A stretch of DNA of 63,708 bases, counting the filler, from Sphacelaria rigidula (Eukaryota), in the NCBI GenBank assembly GCA_964200075.2. It is 6 parts of 6 records of this genome, joined end to end, with 100 filler letters (N's around TTAATTAATTAA, not from the genome) between each part and the next. Parts side by side here need not be neighbours in the genome. Positions count along the whole stretch, not along the records: positions 21,273 to 31,807 come from CAXNAA020006323.1; positions 31,908 to 42,441 come from CAXNAA020006324.1; 4 more parts are not named here. One strand, written 5' to 3'. Below are positions 25,075-37,500 of the stretch, one piece after another. A program made the position numbers and the translations under genes. The notes below the pieces were generated by a model, which worked only from the letters and a program-made list of their open reading frames with translations, was not told the origin of the DNA and ran no database searches. How positions within the stretch are numbered: position 1 is the first letter of the stretch; every line of letters starts with the position of its first letter.

Positions 25075-25689
25075 CTGGCACAGCACAGCAGGGTCTACTG
25101 GTATGTTTGATGTTCGGACGTGGGTTGGGCGGTCACGTAGGTGCGGACTGCATACATGAGCATATAGGAATCTTCCATTTGCAAAACGTTCCTGAATCAG
25201 GTTCAATAACCGCGATCAAGTGTAGAAGGTTGACGTTGAAGTATACACCACTCGGGAAAGCCACGTACTAGTAATGCGGTTTGGCAAGAAATCGCATGGA
25301 GGCTATTAACTGGCTGTTACAGCGTTCGAAACCCGAGTAAGAGAGCAATCGAGCAATTCTAGCGCTCTCCTCTCATGTTTGGTATAATGGCTCTTGTTCC
25401 GCTCCCATGGTGTACACGTTGCCATTTCTCCAAGATTTTGTGCATTGAGCAACGTGCTTCTTGCTTCCTGTAGGGCAAACGATACGATCGGTACGCCTCA
25501 GCAAATTTGGGCCAAAACAGCCTCAACACCCTGAATCAACGCGATGGAAGTCCGAGTATCACTCGTTAGATAGGTTTCGTTAGAGGGGACTGACCCAAGC
25601 GACAATTGAAGACAAAATACTTACCAGTACTTCTTTGGCAGCTTAGTTGATGGACACGTATGCGCCCGGATTCTTGCAGGTGACTCAAG

Positions 25690-25876
25690 TATTCGACTGA
25701 GTTTGTTTGACGTGAGTTGACGCGGTGCGGGAGTGCTGATAATCATGACCAAATCCGCGAGACCGAAATGCAAGGCGTGTACCGGGGAGAGAGGGGTTGA
25801 TTCCTTGATACTGATAGACCACGGACTCGTCCCGAGGAAGGGGAGGGGTTCAAAGTGCGACCAAAAAACAAAAAAC
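25690..25876 (+). mobile_element. SINE family 2, 3' half
   Basis: Shared body with the other copies, ending GTTCAAAGTGCGAC plus an A-rich tail. Confidence 0.7.
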
Positions 25877-26407
25877 TCGATCACTCTATGCACCCATCTA
25901 GGTAGACGCGATTTTCGTACTTACGGTTAGGCGAGGCACAATAGTAACGGAGAGTGACGTGAGTGCCGTGATGACCAGCACCATGTAAGCCGACGCGTAT
26001 ACTGTTCTAGGAAGATTCTTGGGGAGCCGCTTCCACCCCGTTCGCTTCGCCAGCCTGCATCACGAGGGTATACCAACACAGCCACACACAGGGCACGATA
26101 GAGCGGGGTATCTCAATATGATTACTACATGATTACTGGAAATCGGATACGTCACATTTCGCTCCGAAGTTACCAAATGTCCCGTTGAAACACATCTCAT
26201 CATCTCTGCAGTTGCTTTCAAGTCCACTACCGCACAGGAGATGCTTGTTCACCATTGAGACATGACGTCCTCACGACTTCTGCTGCACCACCTCGTGTAC
26301 TATATTAGTCTTGCGCTGAGGCATTCCTGCTCAGCCGCGTGTTCGGCGGAGCTGACATAGTTCTACCGGTACCGCTACCGCTACCGGTACCGCTACTGGC
26401 GTCAACC

Positions 26408-26551
26408 AAACGCTTCGCTAAACGCTTCGCTAAACGCTTCGCTAAACGCTTCGCTAAACGCTTCGCTAAACGCTTCGCTAAACGCTTCGCTAAACGCTTC
26501 GCTAGACGCTTCGCCAGACGCTTCGCTAGACGCTTCGCTAGACGCTTCGCT
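26408..26551. repeat. 12-bp minisatellite (AAACGCTTCGCT)x12
   Basis: Read directly. The last four units carry an A>G variant (AGACGCTTCGC). Confidence 0.95.
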
Positions 26552-27203
26552 TAACATAATCGCAATGCTTGCGCGGTAGTGCTCTTTCCGCGGCACTGTA
26601 CTGACAAGCGTCACTCTACAGACGTCTCGTGATGCAGATGGGCTCTTGACATGATCTTTATTGTTTGGGCGAAGTTTAGCGTGTGCCCAGCACCCGTGGG
26701 AGACGTGACAATCATTGAACGTTGATCGTTGAACGTTGGGAATCGACACCTTCTTGCCTGTTGGCATACAGCGGTATCATAAGCATGCAGACTACTGTAG
26801 TAAGTACATTCCACGTGGTCAAGAGTATAGCAGTACAATAGGGGGTTTGATTCTCAGCAAGTACAATCCTGCACGTTTCTTATCTTCGAAACATTTTACC
26901 TCCATCGCTGCCGACGAAACAACCTGTCCAGCAGTGGAAATTTCACGAAAATTGAAGCTGTGCTGGAGTGCCGATCCAGTCCGCTCTACCAAAATGCGTT
27001 GGTCTCTTGAGACTAGACTATTGAGAGTACAGGAGGGACTTATCCCGAATAAAGGGAGGAGGTGAAGAGGCTGAAAACAGGACCGAGCGAAAACACACAT
27101 GATGATATGTTGGGGTTTACAGCGATGCATGGCACGAAGGGGCATCAAGAGTATACGAGTGGGGTGACGTTGCAACATGGCAGCGTACGCACATGGAACC
27201 CAC

Positions 27204-29107
27204 CTGCTAGCACTAGCACCCCCCGCAACTTATGGTGTACAACAGCATGCACTAACCCTTTCAATGCCTTGTTTCCCTTGTCCATGGCTAGACCAATCAC
27301 GGTGTTGCCCATATACGATAGCACGAAAGTCCCCAGTATGACACTATAAAATGAGCGCAGCCTCGCAACGATCACCAGGAACATCGTCCACGCACCCAAC
27401 TGTGCACCAAGCAAACATTCACACACACAAACACACACAAACACACACAGAGACACACAGACCGAGGGGCAACACGGAATTATTGGTGTGAAGAGCGGTT
27501 CGCTGGAGCATCCAGATTACCACAACGGAGTCCCAGAACAAACCCGGAGCAGAATACACCAGCATGGCAAGATAGCAAGATAGCCCCAAGCGATCCGACA
27601 CGGAAAGCACGACACACAGTGAAACATTATCGTGACACAGGTTAGCGTAACGAAGAGACGTAAGCCAGGCATGCATGCGCTTGGCGGTTGCCAGTCAACC
27701 ATGCAAACATCATCGGCACACACGCAGGCGATGTTTCTCCACTCACAATATAGGCTAAGACCGTGAGTTCCATGTTATGGCTTCCGGTATTCGAGTGACA
27801 AGAGGATGCACGAGGATATATGGAAGCATCATGTAGTTGGGCGCATGTGAAACTGGGGCCTATCTTGGATCTTGGTGAGGTCATTCCAAGTACGCTCAAC
27901 ACGGGGCTAGCAGCATCCAAGCATCCGAACGTGTGATCCATGCTGCAGCAATGCAGCTTTTGCGTCGTGTTGGCCGTGCATCATATGCATTCATAAGTCA
28001 GAATGGAACCATTAAGTGGTAAACCACAGTAGAGTACATCAGGACATGCATACCTTTTTCGTGTCATCGGCGGCGAGAATATCCATCAAGCGATCGAGGC
28101 TTGATCTTCTTCCCTCAGGTACCGAAGGCGCGACATGAACGGCGCCAGGCGACATGTGCGCCCCCCCCACCTGCCCTGCTGCCTCATCTTCCGACTCGAG
28201 GTCCTCTGCAGTGGTGCTGTGCAACGCTCCTGTGGAAAACGCTGATTCATTCATGGGAAGGTACCGAGCGTGTTCCTCAGATGTTTTCGACTTTGGACGG
28301 GTTAGCGATGACAACAAAAGTTGGCGCCTGCTGTTGGTGAGAGGGTAAAGTATAAAAAAGCGCGGCACAAATCCACTTCACAAACGTATCAAGAAAGTCA
28401 TCAACAGTACCTACGCTATTGGTCGAGCCTTCTTCGCGCCTGTTGGCTCGGTCCATCGTGCACTACGGTAACAGGAAACGCATTTATGGTACGATGCCGC
28501 TCACATGAGCTGAGCGTCCATATATGGCATATGTTCCTTCGATGCGCCTACGTGCATGCGCAACCTGCGAAAGTGTTCTTACTCGCCCGAGCTTCATTTC
28601 GAAAGTTCCAAACACGTGGATAATGATAGATCAAATCGTGGCCAGGTCCCGTAGTTTGCCCGTCTGGAAATGGAAGGTCATTTGGCAGCTCCATTCAATA
28701 TGTTCCCCAACGCACGGCACATGCGGGCTCTGATCGTACCGAAACAAGGTATGCGTGCTCTGGAGTACAGTGAAGGTGGACAATTTTTTGCTCTTGCTCT
28801 TGTACAGCAACACATCCTAACTCACGATACGTGTGGACTGTACATGAGCACGAAGTGTACTATGTGCTATCGGCTTCGCTCCGTCGTCTTGTACTGAGAC
28901 CGGTTCCGTATGATCACGCCATTTGCTTCGAGCATGTGCCAGATTTCGCGATCAACAGGTGCCAACTCATATTTAGCAGCCCCGATCATCTCATTTGACG
29001 ATGGTGCACTGTGTTCAGAGATCGGTTACTTTGGCCACCACCTACTCTGCGCAAAAGCAATACTGTATGCGGGGACGGGCGTCATGGTCGTGTACCAAAA
29101 ATTTCAC
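27204..29107 (-). pseudogene. Decayed upstream exons, probably of the same unknown gene, including a predicted TM segment
   Basis: Exons 27343-27204 (VILGTFVLSYMGNTVIGLAMDKG...), 27594-27521 (IAWGYLAILPCWCILLRV; acceptor reads CGG, not CAG) and 28330-28054. Exon-like stretches at ~28580-28760 and ~28826-29107 contain in-frame stops. Confidence 0.4.
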
Positions 29108-30429
29108 CTGCAGCGTCCTCCTGATGTGCATTTGCGCGTTTCCACTTGGCGGGTTTCCGGAATTGCATCCATGAGAAGCGAGTGGTGCGCGGTTGGGCTA
29201 GTGGGCCGCTTTCCTCCGGCTGGAAGAACGTACTGCCGGTTGCAGCACGCGTTGCCGCCAGCCTGCCAAACCCACGCAACGAGCCACAGCATCCGAGAGA
29301 AAACGTGGCCACGAGCAGGCATTGCTATGTTGACCGCTACAAATCATATTGCTGAATGTGTTGTTTGACAGGGAGATTCATCCCACGAACCTCGCTTGGG
29401 GGTCAAACACACACCCATCACGTAGTTGGCTTTCAGCGATTGCGAGCGCCAGGTGTATTAGGTGTAAAGCTGTTACATGCAATAGCTGAGCTAAACCCGA
29501 ATTCTTGAGCTGATCCCCAGCCCTTTCCACAGCCCACGTCACCTTACGGATTCGAATTGTCCCCTGAAAATCTCGCTAGTTCCTGGAGGATGACCTTTGT
29601 AAACATAGATGGATTCGGTCGGGCATGAGCGATTAACATGATTTAATCAAACACCAAAATTGTTGAGCCAATGGGCGTGCAGAAGCGTTTTGAAATGGTT
29701 AAGAGCGCTGATACGCGCTTCTTCCCCGTTACCTATGATTCATACCATGAATGGAAGGTACGAAGGAAACTTGTACCTTCGACGGTGTACCGCACAAATC
29801 AGGAAGCCAAAACATATACGAATCACGACTTGTGTACGAATCGTATGATTGGTTCCTACAGATTTCGAATGTGAGTCGAATCACGATTTCATTTGTCCGA
29901 ACCGTGGACTGCTGTGTGCCTCACTCACACTTTTCAAGCGATTTCACGTCTGGCCTATTTTCCGGGCCATTCGTCGAGATGAGGTAACCATTTTCCGCAC
30001 ACGTGTTTGTTGAGACAAGTCCGAGGTCGCCACTGTTAATACAACGCTGATTTTACTCGTTTCTCCCGGTTTTGTAGGGTCCCCTTGCGCGTGAAGCGGC
30101 CGGGGGTTCCCGAAAAACGATGAAACCGAACGAATGTAGATAAATTGACATGGCGACCTCGGGTTTACATTCAGTAACACGTATACATTTTAGTCCGCCA
30201 TCGCTTGAAATCGGCGTGAGAAATGGCGGACGAATACATTTCTGGCGTCTTCCTCTGAGCAGTCTGTGATTCGATCCGTTCATATATCTTAGCCTATGAT
30301 GCCCATATGCATTGGGCCGCGGTTCCATCGCTTCGCATGCGTGTCAAGAGCAGTGTACTGCTCTACAGCAGAAATTATTACGCGTGCATCGACGGTCCCT
30401 ACCACCTGCAGGCGAGGCACCGCTCACGC

Positions 30430-30523
30430 CGACACCAATATGAGAGCAGAAATGGTATTGAAACCACTTGAAACGAAAGAGATATGATGATATTGGAATG
30501 GCAACATAGCGTAAGGAAAATTC

Positions 30524-30565
<42 letters not shown>

Positions 30566-31354
30566 ACAGTCATGGTAGATGGGGATGAATGGAAGAAAAT
30601 GGCGAGGAGACAGGCTGGAATAAAGTGGAAGCACGTAGTCGAGAAATAATAGAAGGGGATAGGAGGAAACCAAGACGAGATGGTGTTCATAGGTGAATGC
30701 GGGGTGTACGAGACAAAAGTGAGAGACGTGATTAAAATAAGGGGGAAATAAGTGCCATGACGGAAAGTAGACGAGGACGATCACCTAAAGACAAACGGCG
30801 GGTTGAGAGAAGGGACGGGAATTGAAACATATCCGTGTGGCCCAATGGACTCCGCGAAAAAATTGAAACTGTGATTTCGAGAAGGGGACCTGGACCTGCC
30901 ACAAACAACAAACAACAGAGACATATATCAGTAGCCCATGGAATGAGGAAGTAGATGCACAAAATTGCCCTTGTGGCGAAGCAGTAGAGTAGACACTCAT
31001 CATATAGCGGTAGATTGTGACCTATGCAAGGAGGAATCGTACGTATTGGTGTACTCATGATCATGCGTGCCATAGTCATCAGACCATTGTAATCGCACGT
31101 ATTGGGGCAGGGATGGAATCGTTTGATGATTAGACAGCAGCGAAAAAACGATGGCTGTACTAGGACATAGCTGATGGCCACAGACGGCGGAACAGGACGG
31201 GGATGAGATATGTGTGTAGTGTATATAAGAAGCGTGATGAGCGCCCAAATGTTGGAGGTCTTCATTAGTAGTAGGAACGATACTCCGTGTCGACAGGGAT
31301 GCATGGTCAATGGTCGAACAACTAGGGCAAGCAACAAAAGAGTACGCCCCCCCC
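30430..31354 (+). mobile_element. Non-LTR retrotransposon 3' fragment (ORF2 C-terminus with CCHC knuckle; RTEX-like, tentative)
   Basis: Degenerate GPMDSAKKLKL.FREGDLDLP followed by a CPCG..E...H....C zinc knuckle. A (GA)n tract has expanded inside. It ends GCAAGCAACAAA.GAGTACG plus a C-run. Confidence 0.75.
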
Positions 31355-31740
31355 AAACCAAGACGAGATTATGTAAGCATAGGTGAATATGGGGGGTACA
31401 AGACGAAAGTAAGAGACATGATAGAAGTAAGGGGAAAAGAAGCGCCAAGACGGAAAGTAGACGAGGACGAGCACCTGAAGATATACTGGGGGGTTGAGGA
31501 AGGGGATGGGGATGAAGACATATGTGCATGGCCCAATGTGCACCCAGCGAAAAAATTGAATCTGCGACTTCGGGTGGGGGACCTGGACCTGCCAGAAAGA
31601 AGAAAGAGATTCACCAGTCGTCGAGAGTAGGAGGAAGTAGATGCACGGAATTGCCCCTGGGGGTAAGCAATAAAGTAGACTCACATCATATGGTGGCAGG
31701 ATGTGAACTATGCAACAAGGAACGGAACGTGCTAGAGGGG
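31355..31740 (+). mobile_element. Second copy of the same LINE, head-to-tail after the C-run of the first
   Basis: SIGEYGGYKTKVRDMIEVRGK...RKVDEDEHLKIY...AKKLNLRLRVGDLDLPERRKRFTSRRE; parallels ~30667-31045. Confidence 0.8.
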
Positions 31741-31807
31741 GGAGCTTCGGCCGAACAATCTTAGCAGGATGCAGCTCACCCTTCATGCGAATCGCCGAAC
31801 ACATCAC

Positions 31808-31907
31808 NNNNNNNNNNNNNNNNNNNNNNNNNNNNNNNNNNNNNNNNNNNNTTAATTAATTAANNNNNNNNNNNNNNNNNNNNNNNNNNNNNNNNNNNNN
31901 NNNNNNN
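31808..31907. other. Artificial contig linker
   Basis: N-run with TTAATTAATTAA. Confidence 0.97.
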
Positions 31908-32089
31908 CCCCCCCCCCCCCCCCTCCGCCGTCGCCCAGAATGAGGTTTTCGGGAATCGGGGGCGATCTAAAACGTATTCCAGTCTGTAAGGCCACTTGCC
32001 TACGCCGACCAAACGTACAATGGCGTTCAACGTTTCCTTCAGCTCATGTTGCATCCATACGCATATGCCACACATGTCGAAATTATCAA

Positions 32090-33000
32090 GGTTGTGTTCT
32101 GTAGTTTACGGTTTTCTGTATACCCGGGGTATTGTCCCGTATATTTACCGTACCCGACACTTTCATACCGGTACCCGACAGTCCTGTAAAGTCTGTCAGA
32201 CTATCATACCCTTACCCGATAGTTCTGTGAGTTCTGTAAGCCTCCCGTACCGTTACCGGGGGCACGGGTATGCTCTTGATGAGAAACCCGGTTGCGGGTA
32301 AGGTTTTCTGTGCAGCCTTGATATCGTGCCCGACAGTTTCTGTGAGTTTTGTACGCCTCCCATACCCTTGTCCGACAGTTCTGTAAGTTCTGTACATAAT
32401 GTATGCCCGTACCCGGAGCGTGGCTACGCCCTGTGACGTGTTTAAATCGTGGGGGTTCAATCCCCGTCACTTTAAATCCGAGGAGGGCGACTCCCCCTGC
32501 CAGCGCTCTATCGACTGCCATCAGGACTTCTAGTGTTGTCCCTTCTCACCGTACCTTAGAGTTACTCGTCCCTCCCACTCGTTCCCAGAGTGTGTGCATT
32601 GGGGTCCCTAGCAGTCAACTCCACACATAGCCACCAGGCCATACCCCATCCTTTTTCTTTTCGGCCAATTTTTACAGAGGGTTTCTCTCCTCATTTTTCT
32701 TCACAGAAAGTGCGTCCGACGGGAATCGAACCAGCGACTAACTTTTGTGACGGTTTTACGAGACAACCAACTAGACTAATGACCAGTCAGCGCTGAGTGG
32801 TCAGTAGTCTAGTTGGTTGTCTCTTAAAACCGTCACAGCCCTTAAAGAAATACCCGATTGCCGGTACGGTTTTCTGTAAGCCTCCCGTACCGTACCCAAT
32901 AAGTTCTGTAATTTCTGTAAGACTTTCATACCGGTACCCGATATTTCTGTAAGCTCTGTAAGGAATCCCATACCCTACAGAACATATCCATACTCTCCAG
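32090..33000. repeat. Dispersed repeat with GTTCTGT/TACCCG subrepeats (host of the 406-bp insertion)
   Basis: Same family as 54470-54815 in the opposite orientation. That copy shows the uninterrupted ...GTACCCTTGAAGAAATACCCG site. Confidence 0.65.
32432..32837 (-). mobile_element. 406-bp solo-LTR-like element with a tRNA-type Pol III promoter and terminal palindrome
   Basis: Ends TGTGACG...CGTCACA. TSD GCCC (32428-32431 and 32838-32841). On the minus strand, A box TAGTCTAGTTGG (32767-32778) and B box GGTTCGATTCC (32722-32732). Palindrome of 92 bp at 32746-32837. Confidence 0.75.
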
Positions 33001-33003
33001 AAC

Positions 33004-33226
33004 ACAAGTTTGGAAATTATTGCCCCTCAACAATTGTACAACCTTCACATCCATGTTCCTCAAGTTGGAGAACCTTGTCCGGAGCCACCACCCGATAGCA
33101 CATGCGATGTTTTGTACAGCCACGATCACTACTGTACATTGAGATACAACAGCCTCTCTTGACCATATATTTTCGGCTTGCGTCACCCACGGGAGGTCCG
33201 TACCAACCTCCCGAAGGGGAACCATG
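33004..33226 (+). mobile_element. 5'-truncated 3' fragment of the same Helitron-like family (OTU C-terminus and hairpin end)
   Basis: Translates TSLEIIAPQQLYNLHIHVPQVGEPCPEPPPDSTCDVLYSHDHYCTLRYNSLS*, homologous to the end of the 2708 ORF. Followed by CCGTACCAACCTCCCGAAGGGGA and a TA-rich tract. Confidence 0.85.
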
Positions 33227-34105
33227 TGTATATATGTATATACATACCGTCCAGGATATTTTCCACCTCAGCTGACCGCCCACGTTGGCCAGAATTGTGC
33301 TGAGGCTTGTCGGGCTTGTCAGGAGGCTAGCTAAAAGGTTGTCAACGGCCTACCTCATCGGGTAAAGTGGTTGGGCATGTATCATTGCCGGCCATGCACC
33401 ATTGGCACAAAACACGGGAGGCGTGGCAGTGATCGGCAATCGTGATCGCTACTGCAGAACTCGCGCCGACCGGGAACAGTTGAGCCGATCGGTGAAGGAA
33501 CGCCGCTACTCTTTGAGCCCGCGAAGCCGTACCAGCCCGTATTTTGCACACCTCTGTTTATTCCGACTAGTGCCCGAGGTGTGCAATCACTGCACAACGC
33601 GGACAGCAGCAGATCGTTAGGAAACACATGGCATCCGCTTGTACTTATTCTTATGGATATAACACCCTCCGTAATTACTTTCGATGTATCCTCATGCAAG
33701 CAAGAGGGTGTTGTCTGAAGACAACCTGTCGCAGTGGTGCACAACGTCGAATGCAAGCAAGCGCATACCCTGGCTGGTGCAGTATTCTGGTCATCCTCCC
33801 CTTTATCCGTTTGCGTTATTCTGCACGCGCCGTGACATGCCGTCGTAATTATGCCAACGCCGTCGCAAAATTTCCCCCGCCGTCGCGTCCAAACCAAGAG
33901 GGGCGAGGTGCACAGTATACTGTACAGGAACAACAGAAGGTACATGTACACACCTCTCCATGGTATCGACGATGGGTACTAGAGTTGAACCAATGCGACT
34001 AGAGTAATAACCGACCGCGCCCTTATTCTACAGCGTAAGAAGTAGGACGATCAACAGCTCAAGCGCTCTGCGAGGGAAAGAGAGGACCACCCCCCCTCCT
34101 GCCCC

Positions 34106-34175
34106 TTGCTCCGTCTCGAAAGGGATGCGAGGTCAATGGTCAACCGACTAAGGCAAGCAACAAATGAGTACGCCT
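34106..34175 (+). mobile_element. 3' tip of the C-tract LINE family with a 15-bp TSD
   Basis: Flanked by CCCCCCTCCTGCCCC (34091-34105) and CCCCCCTCCTGTCCC (34176-34190). Confidence 0.85.
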
Positions 34176-34521
34176 CCCCCCTCCTGTCCCTCTTCCATCT
34201 GTGTGCGCGGGGGTCAGCGGTCACTCCTCTCGAGACTTTCGGCCGGGGTGATCAAGCATTCTCCTGGCGGATATACCAACTACATACAGTTGTTTCGTTG
34301 CTCTGCATTCTGATGGGATCTAGCCCAACGATTAGCAGAGGGATAGCTTGCATTTGCCGTGAAAAAGGACTTGGTGCGACTGAGGAACAATCGTTGTGCC
34401 ACCAGAAGGATTAGGGAGCATTTGCAGGAAACTCCAGGCCCTGCGACGTAGGCCGAAACCGCTTTGAAAGTGGTTCTGATCGTTTGTAGCCGTATTTTTA
34501 CCATAGTGGTCATGAAACACT

Positions 34522-37500
34522 TTACAGTCGAACGGTTTGCTCATGCATATAGGCAAGACAGCACCAGCAGCAGTAAACTCCAACCATCAACGCGGAAATG
34601 GCGGCGCATATCGCATACATCGCGGCTGGCCACCCCTCGTTGTTCGGTCCCAAAAGGCAGGCGATGAAGGCGGGTATCACCATCTCGCCCATGGCGCCGC
34701 CGATCACCATCCGCGAAGAGTCACTGTCCGATAAAGCATATCCTGAGTACCCACCGCGGCCATTTCATCACAGGGGGGTGAATGGACAGCGGTTAGATTG
34801 GTCAGGAGGGGGAGAGGATACGAGTAATAGTGATGAGGCCTCGACTCCATGGGACCTTTGAAAAGCCGTGATATATGAGACACATTCCCCGTGTGGCCCT
34901 GTGGCAGGTTAGGGGCGCCTCCCGATCGGTGACACCCTTTAGGTTGGGGACACACGGTTTGGGCGAGTTTACCTTTCAGAGGAGCTATTTCAAGTGCGGA
35001 ATCGCAGAGCTCTCCACGAGGGGAAGAAGCGTCTATTATGCTCTTGTTTTTCTCTCATCGAGCATGAACTTTTGGCCGGGAACACGTTTGCCTATTTATA
35101 TTTTTTTTCAAAATATTTTCTCATCCTGTCGTACGGAGTAAACGCCTGACCGTAATATTGTACAGAGACCTTGGCGTATCCTCAGGTAAGGTTGAAAATA
35201 ATTGAGACCCTCCAGTTCTGGGGTGGGCGGTAGGGCAGACAGGTGGTTAGAAGAACATACAAAGTGGGCTAACTACAAACAATCGATTGCACAATATTCA
35301 ACTTCTGATTGATGGTATCGAAATATTGAACAGCCTGGACAAAATGTGGTCAATAATTGCAATAGACCTATACATCAAGCAGTACATTTTTTTTTATTTC
35401 AACTATCGACCACATTTTGCTCCGGGTGTGGAATATTGTCGCCTGTGATAGGTTTCACTCCTCTGACTCTCAATACCGTAGGTGGCCCCGTAAAGAACCC
35501 TTCATATGTACCCTGCTGACGATTCAAGGTACAATGCACCTGTTTGTGGCTGCGCTTTCTCTCTTCAAACTCATTCAAGTGTGAGTGCGCCACTCCGGCG
35601 GAAGGCATTTCTGTACACCCTTAAAGAGGACAATAGTGGACCTCGGAAACTGCTCAGATGGGGGCATCGGTGACAAAAATACGTTCAATTTTTCAAATGA
35701 TACCAACCAGGACGTCGCCTCCAACAATCTTTCGACGGGAGTCAGGTCGGTGCCAGGAGAACGTTCCGGAAGATGGTGTGGTGAGGCCACTTTGCATTGC
35801 ACACCGCTGTGTTGCACTGTCAAACTGTTCCGTCTATGCGTGTCACTAAAGTGTGCCGCAACCCGTCGCCAACATCCCATTATTGAATATACTTGATCTC
35901 AACGTAGACGATCACTTTCGCATGTTTTGAGGGCGGACAGTCTCATGTTCTGGCCAGCGTATGCAGCGTGCGCATTTGTTCAGCTGCGCACTTTGACTAG
36001 AGAACACTTCACACTTCACACCCGCGCCGTCGAAGGGATATATTTATACGCTGCTTGGATGGGGATTTAGGGGTCTGGTTCGCCGCGGGGTTCGACGCAA
36101 ACGAGTACGCGTCAACTAGGAATTTGACGACGGGGTTAGGGATAATGTACTTCGTACCGTGCGCGGGTGGGGTTGGTATGTGAGCGTGTGCTGATGCGAA
36201 GCAGTCCACGTTATTCTCTCGAGCCTTGAGCACCCTCGACTGGAAATTTTCGAGCGACGAACTTCCCGCGGAAAAGGAGGTACCATTGTTGCTCTGATTC
36301 TCTATCGAATAATAAAATAGCTTAACTTGGAAGCGTGTATTGTGATTAATGCCATAGCACGAAGGACATCCTTTATCTTCCAACTCCGCACTTTTCACTA
36401 CTCCTCGGCTACCTCGTCTACCCCGGGCAAAGCCCCCTTTAGCGTAGCCTCCATGTATGGGATATGGGTCTTGGCGTTGAGCCAGGATATCCTGGAATGT
36501 TCTTGCTTTCGATTTACCTTTACGCAAGCTGGCAGTAACTCGTGTTCTTTGCACAGCACTTGCAGCGATGAAGGTGGGTCGGTCAAAACTGAACCGCAAT
36601 GGATTGCGGCACAGCAGTGATATTTCTAGACTCCTTCTATTAAGGCTCCGATTCCGGGGGGGGGGGGTTGGAGTAGTGTATCGCGTATTTGATACCCGTT
36701 ATCGGAACACGAAACGAAATGCAGCGTCAGCCTAACTTTTTCAGGGCCAACATATGGACAATTTTGGTCCAATCTCACACCACTTTGCCGCAGTGACACT
36801 TCACGCTGATGGGGGGCGTTGCCACCGGTGCCCCCGGCGAGCGTGTGGCAGTAGGGGCTGGAGCCTGAACTACCACGCGTTGCTGTGGAGTATCGACAGA
36901 GAGCCTACGCCAGGTTCAAGCGTGCGTCTTGAAGACCTGCCGAATTTTGCGGTGGTACCCTGGCGGGTGGGGAGTGTTTGCCCCTCCGAAACAAAGTACC
37001 AAACAAAGCAGTCGACTGTCGAGACGATGGAATTTTTCAAAAACCTTTTTTTTCGTGCGTAATCTCAGCTCATCCATTCACAGTGAGGACTAGAGGGTCT
37101 CATCCTTAAGGTCACGCGTTTCCTATATGAACCCCAACGGTTACGACGTCTTGAATAAAATGAAGAATGTCATTACACGTTCGTGCGCAGTTCTTGTGTC
37201 GACCCTTTGGGAACCCACCGACGACTTTTGTTTTCGTGAATCGGCATCATTTTGACTCGAAATGACTCGAAATGACGCCGATTCACAAGAACAGACAATC
37301 GTCAATGGGTTTCGAAAGGGTTAACGGTCTCTTGACCAATCGACGACGGTTTTCGACCGTTCTGTTGTTGTATCATTCCGAGAAAAAACACACAGTGGTT
37401 GTTATAGGTTATTGCACCACAACGTCAGCGCGTGCGTCTTATTGTGTTGGGCACTATCCTCGGAGAAGTGCCTTGATCCTCACCTGATTTTGTACTTCAC

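Noticed and set aside
26339-26767. RFAK / SEAF repeat proteins
   Set aside because: Translations of the 12-bp minisatellite, with no splice or homology support.
30732-31529. 265-aa hydrophobic ORF
   Set aside because: Antisense shadow of purine-rich LINE fragments.
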